From positions 6,649 to 70,648 of the forward strand of contig CAZCXK010000002.1 in NCBI GenBank assembly GCA_964502605.1: DNA of 64,000 bases, read 5' to 3'. Positions 57,559 to 64,000 of the stretch are shown here, one piece after another. The translations under genes and the position numbers were made by a program. The DNA is from an uncultured bacterium. GTDB lineage: Bacteria > Cyanobacteriota > Cyanobacteriia > CAZCXK01. The notes under the pieces were generated by a model. That model was not told where the DNA came from. It did no database searches and was given only the letters and a program-made list of their open reading frames with translations. Position 1 is the first letter of the stretch, and every line of letters starts with the position of its first letter.

Positions 57559-58386
57559 CTATCCTTTTACCCCACTGCCAGCATCAGTTGGCACAATATA
57601 TCGCTGCACGAGAATGAAAACTGCTAAAATCGGCGCAATCGAGATCACAGAGCCTGCTGCAATCAGCCGCCAGTCTAGTGAGAAAGCACCTGCTAGCTTG
57701 GCAACTCCTAAAGGCAGGGTATAGTATTCGGGCCGATCAAGAATAATTAATGGCCAAAGGAAATCACTCCAAGAGCCGATGAAGACAAAAATGGCGAGTG
57801 TGACTAGTGCTGGTCGTACTGAGGGCAGCATAACGTGCCACCAGATCCCCAGGTCTGAACAACCATCAATGCGAGCGGCTTCTTCCAGCTCTTTAGGAAC
57901 GCCCTGAAAGGCTTGCCGTAGTAAAAAGATGCCGAATGCTGAGGCGATCGCTGGAAAGATCAAGCCCAGGTAGCTATTCCGCAACCCTAACTGCACCGTC
58001 AGAATGTAGAGCGGAATCATCACAATTTGAAACGGAATCAAAATGGTCGCTACGATGAGCGTGAAAATTGGCTCTCGGCCCCGAAACCTCAGACGCGCTA
58101 GCGGATATGCCGCAAGCGAACAAATCAGCACGTTTAAGAGCACCGTTAATCCGGCAACCAGCGTGCTGTTCAATAAATAGCGGCCAAAGGGATTAGTCTG
58201 CCAAACGCGAATGAAATTTTGGAACGTCGGCTGCTGTGGCCAAAACTGTGGTGGGAACTGAAAAATATCTTCTGCTGGCGACTTAAACGCTGTGCTCACT
58301 AGCCAAACCAATGGCAGGAGCATCGCAAGGGCGATCGCTCCTAATACACAATATGTCGATAAATAGCGCCAGATAGAGGGTTTCAA
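57559..58386 (-). CDS. ABC transporter permease, carbohydrate (MalG/UgpE-like) type
   Basis: Six TM helices and the EAA loop LEEAARIDGCSDLGIWWHVMLP. No partner ABC genes are adjacent. Confidence 0.85.
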   Translation of the reverse strand: MKPSIWRYLSTYCVLGAIALAMLLPLVWLVSTAFKSPAEDIFQFPPQFWPQQPTFQNFIRVWQTNPFGRYLLNSTLVAGLTVLLNVLICSLAAYPLARLRFRGREPIFTLIVATILIPFQIVMIPLYILTVQLGLRNSYLGLIFPAIASAFGIFLLRQAFQGVPKELEEAARIDGCSDLGIWWHVMLPSVRPALVTLAIFVFIGSWSDFLWPLIILDRPEYYTLPLGVAKLAGAFSLDWRLIAAGSVISIAPILAVFILVQRYIVPTDAGSGVKG

Positions 58387-58409
58387 ACTAACGTCCTCAG
58401 AACAACGGA

Positions 58410-60035
58410 CTAGCCAATCAGTGGCACATCAGCCGTATCGCGTTGAGGATGAAGCACGTTACCTTGCTGAAGAACTGCGTAAAGCCGATTGAGAGCATTC
58501 ACATACGCATGAGCAGACGCAACCACAATGTCTGTATTCGCTGCATGACCTGAGAACAGTCGCCCTTCATGCCGCAAGCGAATGGTGACTTCACCCATCG
58601 CATCAATGCCTTCTGTTACTGACTTTACCGAAAACTCGACAAGCTGGTTAGGCATCTCCACGACTCGATTGATCGCCTTATACACTGCGTCTACTGGGCC
58701 AGTGCCAATTGCAGCATCTGTCAATTCTTGACCATCAGGAGTCAGAACCGTGACTGTAGCAGTAGGTCGGGCGCGATCGCCACATGAGACTTGCACCAAC
58801 TCCAGCCGAAACGCTTCCACAGCCTGTTGAGTTTCATCGTTGACAATGGCCTCCAAATCCCAATCGGTCACGTCTTTTTTCTTATCGGCTAGCTCCTTGA
58901 ACCGCAGAAACGCACGATTCAGCTCTTGGTCTGATAGCTCAAATCCCAGCTCGCGGAGACGAGTGCGAAAGGCATTACGCCCAGAATGTTTGCCTAAAAC
59001 AATTTGGTTATCCGTCAATCCAATGGATTGAGCATCCATAATTTCGTAGGTCAGCCGATGCTTTAAAACCCCATCTTGATGAATACCAGACTCGTGGGCA
59101 AATGCATTGGCTCCAACGATCGCCTTGTTCGGTTGGACAAACATGCCAGTCAAATTCGATACCAGACGAGACGTCTTGTAGATCTGGCGAGTGTCAATTG
59201 CAGTTAACGGGGCTTCAGAGTCAACTGCACGACCCAGAAACGGATTAAAAAATTGTCGGCGCACATGGAGCGCCATCACCAGTTCCTCAAGCGCGGCATT
59301 GCCAGCTCGCTCCCCAATTCCATTAATAGTGCATTCCAGCTGACGGGCCCCATTCTTAACTGCCTCTAAGAAATTGGCCACAGCTAAGCCCAAGTCATTG
59401 TGACCATGCACTGAAATCACAGCATGGTCAATGTTTGGAACATTATCTTTGATGCCGCGAATGAGCGCTCCAAACTCGCTGGGAGTTGTATAGCCCACCG
59501 TATCGGGAATGTTAACCGTTGTGGCCCCTGCAGCGATCGCACATTCAAGCACCTGATATAAAAACTCCGGGTCAGAGCGTCCCGCATCTTCTGGAGAAAA
59601 CTCGACATCATCCACCAATGACTTTGCATGAGCCACCATCTCAGGTACGATCGCAAGCACATCTGCCCTCGACTTTTTCAGCTTATATTGCAGGTGAATG
59701 TCAGATGTAGCAAGAAATGTATGAATGCGAGGGTGAGCCGCTGGCTTTAGCGCCTCTGCTGCTACCTCGATATCTTGAGACGTGGCTCGAGCGAGTCCAC
59801 AGATGGTTGGGCCGCCCTCTATGCCAACGGCTTCAGCAATCTTGCTGACTGCTTCAAAATCACCCGGGCTCGCAAACGGAAAACCAGCTTCAATCACATC
59901 AACGCCTAGTCGCGCCAACTGCCGTGCAATACTCAGTTTTTCATCCACATTCAGTGTGGCCCCAGGCGACTGCTCTCCATCGCGAAGCGTCGTATCAAAA
60001 ATAATGATTCGATCAGGCTGAAACGGCATATTCAT
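58410..60035 (-). CDS. leuA: 2-isopropylmalate synthase
   Basis: [26 protein letters not shown], and a C-terminal LeuA dimerisation/regulatory domain. Confidence 0.95.
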   Translation of the reverse strand: MNMPFQPDRIIIFDTTLRDGEQSPGATLNVDEKLSIARQLARLGVDVIEAGFPFASPGDFEAVSKIAEAVGIEGGPTICGLARATSQDIEVAAEALKPAAHPRIHTFLATSDIHLQYKLKKSRADVLAIVPEMVAHAKSLVDDVEFSPEDAGRSDPEFLYQVLECAIAAGATTVNIPDTVGYTTPSEFGALIRGIKDNVPNIDHAVISVHGHNDLGLAVANFLEAVKNGARQLECTINGIGERAGNAALEELVMALHVRRQFFNPFLGRAVDSEAPLTAIDTRQIYKTSRLVSNLTGMFVQPNKAIVGANAFAHESGIHQDGVLKHRLTYEIMDAQSIGLTDNQIVLGKHSGRNAFRTRLRELGFELSDQELNRAFLRFKELADKKKDVTDWDLEAIVNDETQQAVEAFRLELVQVSCGDRARPTATVTVLTPDGQELTDAAIGTGPVDAVYKAINRVVEMPNQLVEFSVKSVTEGIDAMGEVTIRLRHEGRLFSGHAANTDIVVASAHAYVNALNRLYAVLQQGNVLHPQRDTADVPLIG

Positions 60036-60067
60036 GGCACTTTATCGACCTAACGAGTTCTACATTC

Positions 60068-60114
60068 AAAAAAAAGAGATCATGGATCGCGTGGCTGAGC
60101 CAATCCAGATGATC
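60068..60114 (-). terminator. Rho-independent terminator of the NYN/LabA-like gene
   Basis: On the minus strand GATCAT(CT)GGAT...ATCCATGATC forms a hairpin, followed by CTC and a run of 8 T. Lies 41 bp after the stop. Confidence 0.7.
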
Positions 60115-60154
60115 CTTATTTTAGAGGGTCTTTTCGTTTCCTCAGATGGTAGAG

Positions 60155-60673
60155 CTAATTACCATCCACCTTCTCGATATAATCACGAATATCGTTAAGG
60201 TCAATGTAGCGGTCAGTGGCATTACGCAGCTCTCGGGCGATCATGCCCTCCGTTGAGACTACGGTGATATGAGTGTTTTTAGAACGCAGCAGCTCGATTG
60301 CCCGTTCAAAATCTCCATCTCCGCTAAAAAGAATGACATGATCATACTGTTCGACCGTATTGAACATGTCTACAACAATTTCAATATCTAGATTTGCTTT
60401 CTGAGAATAGCGCCCAGAATTATCATCATAATACTCTTTCAAAATCTTAATCCTAACGGTATACCCTAAACTAATTAATGCGTCTCTAAACCCCCGTTGA
60501 TCTTGCGAATCTTTTAGCCCTGTATACCAGAATGCATTAATCAATATGACGTCAGGTGGGCTGGTGAAATAGTGTAAGACCCGCTTAGGGTCAAAAAACC
60601 AGCCATTCTTCTGCTGAGCGTAAAACATGTTGTTTCCGTCTACAAAAATTGAGAGACGGTTCATAAATGACAT
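60155..60673 (-). CDS. NYN-domain protein, LabA-like
   Basis: RLSIFVDGNNMFYA (NYN Asp), a central region, and ILFSGDGDFERAIE (the second acidic cluster). Confidence 0.8.
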   Translation of the reverse strand: MSFMNRLSIFVDGNNMFYAQQKNGWFFDPKRVLHYFTSPPDVILINAFWYTGLKDSQDQRGFRDALISLGYTVRIKILKEYYDDNSGRYSQKANLDIEIVVDMFNTVEQYDHVILFSGDGDFERAIELLRSKNTHITVVSTEGMIARELRNATDRYIDLNDIRDYIEKVDGN

Positions 60674-61438
60674 AAAAACTTAGACCTAATAATTATTAAT
60701 GTGATGACTCTGGGTTCGTCGTCAGCAATTTGATTTATCTGTCACAAATTAGACTCTATTTGCGTGAATCCGATGTCCCCTTGATTACCCATAAAACCTG
60801 AAGCTAGCTAGTGCAAACTTATCCCATTCAAACTTGCTCAAATTAAGCTAAAGACGTTAACCATACATCAACTACCATTGGAGTAGAAGTGCTACTTGGG
60901 TAAAACGATTAAGTTTTGCTGCTCAATTTAATCTGAGAGAGAACTTGCAACACCATTGGAAACAGCGGTATTCAGCACAGACTTAATCTTGCTTAATCCA
61001 CCAAAACCTTTACTAGAGTTGCTAGCCTGAATTCATATTGAAATGGTTAAGAAGATATTCATCATAATTGATAATTTTCTCCGTACTGAATTTATAATAC
61101 CGATGAACAGTTGGTGTTAGATCTGAGATAGAGGTAAGATATCAGACTTCAGTCAAGCAGATATCCCATTATTATAGAGGCTGCTTTATCGTCTGTGTTC
61201 TAGCACAAGGAACAGGTTAGAGGTTAACGACGATTGAGTCTCCATTGATGATTTCGCCGATTGAGATAACATCTGAAGACTCATCGGCCACCCATCTTGT
61301 CTAGACTCTTGGGTTGGTGAGTCGTTATCCTGTAAGTAAATGTCGTCTTCACTCAAGACATGTTCCTGGGTAGTTATTCTAAAGCCAATCGATCCATCTT
61401 TAGCGCTAATTCATTTCGCAATTGGCAACTGTCTATTG

Positions 61439-62371
61439 CTAGAGCGGCAGCAGCAGGCAAGGCTCAATTGTTGCTAAAACTGACTGAGCTAATGCGCTAA
61501 AGTCGTATCCCCCTTCAAGGCCAAAGACAATTTGAGATGTGACCTTGAGGCAGCGTGTTGTGAAAATTCTGTAGTCGTTAGGGTGCAGCTTAATGCTAGC
61601 CAATGGATCAGACTCAGTGGCGTCATACCCAGCGCTAACAATCAACACGTCGGGCCCAAAATTTTGCAAAAACGGCAGCACTCGTTGCTCAAACAGGGGT
61701 TCGTAGTCTTCCAGAGAGCTTCCAGCATTGATGGGCAAATTCATTACATTACCGTAGCTTCCATGCTCAGACCGATCGCCTGTGCCGGGATAATGAGGAT
61801 ATTCATGCAGCGAACAGTATGCAATGTGAGGATGCTGTTCAACGATCGCTTGCGTGCCGTTGCCGTGATGGACGTCCCAATCTAAGATGGCGACTCGATT
61901 GATGGTGGGAAAATTAAGAGCATAGTGGGCTGCGATCGCGGCATTTGAAAATACGCAAAATCCCATGCTCCGAGTTGGCAGGGCATGATGACCAGGTGGA
62001 CGCGACAAAACAAAAGCTGGGGTTCCTGTCTGTATAACTTGATCTATCCCGTTCATCCAGGCTCCAACAGCTAACAGTGCAACATCATAGCTCCGAGATG
62101 ACACTAGGGTATCAGGATCGAGATGTCCACCGCCTGCGCAGCAGAATTGTCGAACGGTATCAACATATTGTCGGGGATGAATTGCATATAGTGCATCCAT
62201 CAGGCGATCGCCCCATTCTGAAACTGAAGTAGGCGTCACCCACTGCAAGGTTTCAGACCAAGGCGCTGTCTCAAGGGCCGTTTTGATTGCCGTTAGACGA
62301 CCAGGTTGCTCAGGATGAAAGCGCCCTGGCTTGTGATCCAAAAACTCATCAGAGTAAATTATGCAAACCAT
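61439..62371 (-). CDS. histone deacetylase-family (arginase-fold) deacetylase, AcuC/Hda-like
   Basis: RPPGHHA, the metal site DWDVHHGNGTQ, and GGY near the C-terminus. Confidence 0.85.
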   Translation of the reverse strand: MVCIIYSDEFLDHKPGRFHPEQPGRLTAIKTALETAPWSETLQWVTPTSVSEWGDRLMDALYAIHPRQYVDTVRQFCCAGGGHLDPDTLVSSRSYDVALLAVGAWMNGIDQVIQTGTPAFVLSRPPGHHALPTRSMGFCVFSNAAIAAHYALNFPTINRVAILDWDVHHGNGTQAIVEQHPHIAYCSLHEYPHYPGTGDRSEHGSYGNVMNLPINAGSSLEDYEPLFEQRVLPFLQNFGPDVLIVSAGYDATESDPLASIKLHPNDYRIFTTRCLKVTSQIVFGLEGGYDFSALAQSVLATIEPCLLLPL

Positions 62372-62526
62372 ATCAGCGTGTATAAATACTATGTATACTT
62401 ACATATTGCATTGAACTCGAACGATGCCGAATACCACTGCTAGACAAAAGACTTAACGACAGATCGTTGAAGTTAACAATGCCAAGTTCAAATTGTAATC
62501 ACCTATTTTTCAAATAGATTGCTGCC

Positions 62527-62898
62527 GTGACTTCTGTTGAATTTAGCGCATTTGCTTTATCACTCTTAATGGCTGTTGCGGGTCAGTTTTTGCTGAAGCT
62601 GGGCGCACTAAAATTGGGCAGAGTAACCCCAGAAAATATAATCGAACATACATTGAGCATCGTTATGACCCCTGAACTACTAGGAGGATTAGCGTTCTAC
62701 GGGTTGAGTGCGATCGCGTACATTTTGCTGCTGACACGAGTTAAGTTGAGCGTGATCGCTCCCTCTGTCGCCCTCAGCTACGTTTTTTCTGTGCTAATTG
62801 GCTATTTTGCATTTAGAGAGTCAATCCCGCCACTCCGTATTTTGGGACTAGGGTTTATCGTTTGTGGAGTACTACTAGTGGTTTGGCAACGATCATAA
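62527..62898 (+). CDS. small 4-TM EamA/ArnE-like half-transporter
   Basis: 123 aa with four hydrophobic helices and an EamA-like pattern. GTG start. Confidence 0.5.
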   Translation: MTSVEFSAFALSLLMAVAGQFLLKLGALKLGRVTPENIIEHTLSIVMTPELLGGLAFYGLSAIAYILLLTRVKLSVIAPSVALSYVFSVLIGYFAFRESIPPLRILGLGFIVCGVLLVVWQRS

Positions 62899-63778
62899 AC
62901 TGATTAATCATACGTTTTTGGTTTTATGAAATAGGCCCATTAAACCAGTCTAAAGTATGCAGAAGTCTCCTCAAAAATCTGAATGATTTCTCAGCAATCT
63001 GTAATATTTTAGTACTTTAGAATCAATTATTTTATGATCACTATATGGGCTGATTCTAGTCATGTACCAGAGGATTAAAGCCATCGTTAGGATTGCAAGA
63101 ATTTCTTAACTGACCACCAGAGCAAGATTAGACTAGTAGAACAAGATAAAGGCTGCAGGCGCAACGATTCTCAGGAGCCACTGTCGTTCACATCCTAAAA
63201 AACCTGGCTATAACTCATCATAATAAACAGAACATAAGCCTGAAAAAGCGATTGTTTTTTCTAAAATATAAAGCGATTGATCTAGAGAAATACTCAAGTT
63301 TTTCTAAATTCAAGTTATGCCTATTCCTAACTTAAGGTACGCCCTCAGAGAAAAGAGTTATTATGCTACACTTTTAGAGGTGAATAGTAAGTTCACCTAG
63401 CTTGTTGAACAGGATTTATTAAGGATATCTGAGTAGCCGCAATGTGCCTGCTCAAGTTGCTGAGTACTTCAATGCTACTGAATGCCTAGATTTTGCATCC
63501 AGATGATGAATCTATGTCAATCTGGGCAAATTACGTCGGGTTCAGACCAAGGGGTATAGATTTCTGATCAGTAAAGCTCTATTTTTATGGGCTTAGGTAA
63601 TTAGGTAAGTAATGAGCGGCTTTGCATTGTTTGTCAATATGTCTGAAGGCAATATGTCTGAAGAGTGGTTTAGAGGTTGTCTGTAGATGCCCCATCTCAG
63701 GACTGCTTGATCTAACCCTTAACGCTTATCATTCAGCAAGCTAGGTTCAATGAAATGTTTTGGAGTTGTTTTTAGGCT

Positions 63779-64000
63779 ATGAGCACTCCCCAAGAGCGGA
63801 TTGTCCCAACAGACCTTCGTAACGAGATGTCTCGATCCTACTTAGAGTACGCCATGAGCGTCATCGTAGGTCGAGCATTACCTGATGCTAGGGATGGCCT
63901 CAAACCCGTTCATCGTCGTATTCTTTATGCGATGCATGAATTAGGATTAACGCCTGAACGTCCGTTTCGAAAGTGCGCTCGTGTCGTGGGTGAGGTTTTA
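63779..64000 (+). CDS. gyrA: DNA gyrase subunit A, 5' end (continues beyond the window)
   Basis: [45 protein letters not shown], the canonical GyrA N-terminus. Confidence 0.95.
   Translation, partial: MSTPQERIVPTDLRNEMSRSYLEYAMSVIVGRALPDARDGLKPVHRRILYAMHELGLTPERPFRKCARVVGEVL

Overview
This is a 64-kb chromosomal segment from a cyanobacterium. The HIP1 palindrome GCGATCGC occurs many tens of times in genes and spacers. The gene content fits: a group-2 sigma factor, a LabA-like NYN protein, a possible CRR6-like protein, an FdC2-type ferredoxin, CHASE2 and ethylene-receptor-like sensor kinases, and conserved asd-dapA-rnj and tig-clpP-clpX gene orders. I support about 50 CDS, 2 tRNAs (Ser-GGA, Arg-ACG), several hairpin terminators and a set of short tandem repeats. 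I see no transposase, integrase, prophage, CRISPR array or rRNA, so the window reads as mostly core genome. Six things deserve a second look. (1) A HerA/FtsK-type ATPase lacks any known partner (nuclease, Sir2, DUF4297) and sits upstream of an extremely acidic protein with 8 repeats and almost no basic residues. (2) Three tandem 84-bp units each carry a conserved 8-bp-stem hairpin, next to a hairpin-dense region upstream of tex. (3) A histidine kinase has an N-terminus that aligns with the copper/ethylene-binding domain of plant ETR1. (4) A JAMM peptidase sits next to a MoeB-rhodanese E1-like enzyme, with no ubiquitin-like gene beside them. (5) Two large membrane-anchored proteins of unknown function form a tight pair. 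(6) Perfect 13-18 bp tandem duplications recur in spacers. All functional calls rest on motif recognition by eye and on memory of protein families. No database search was run.
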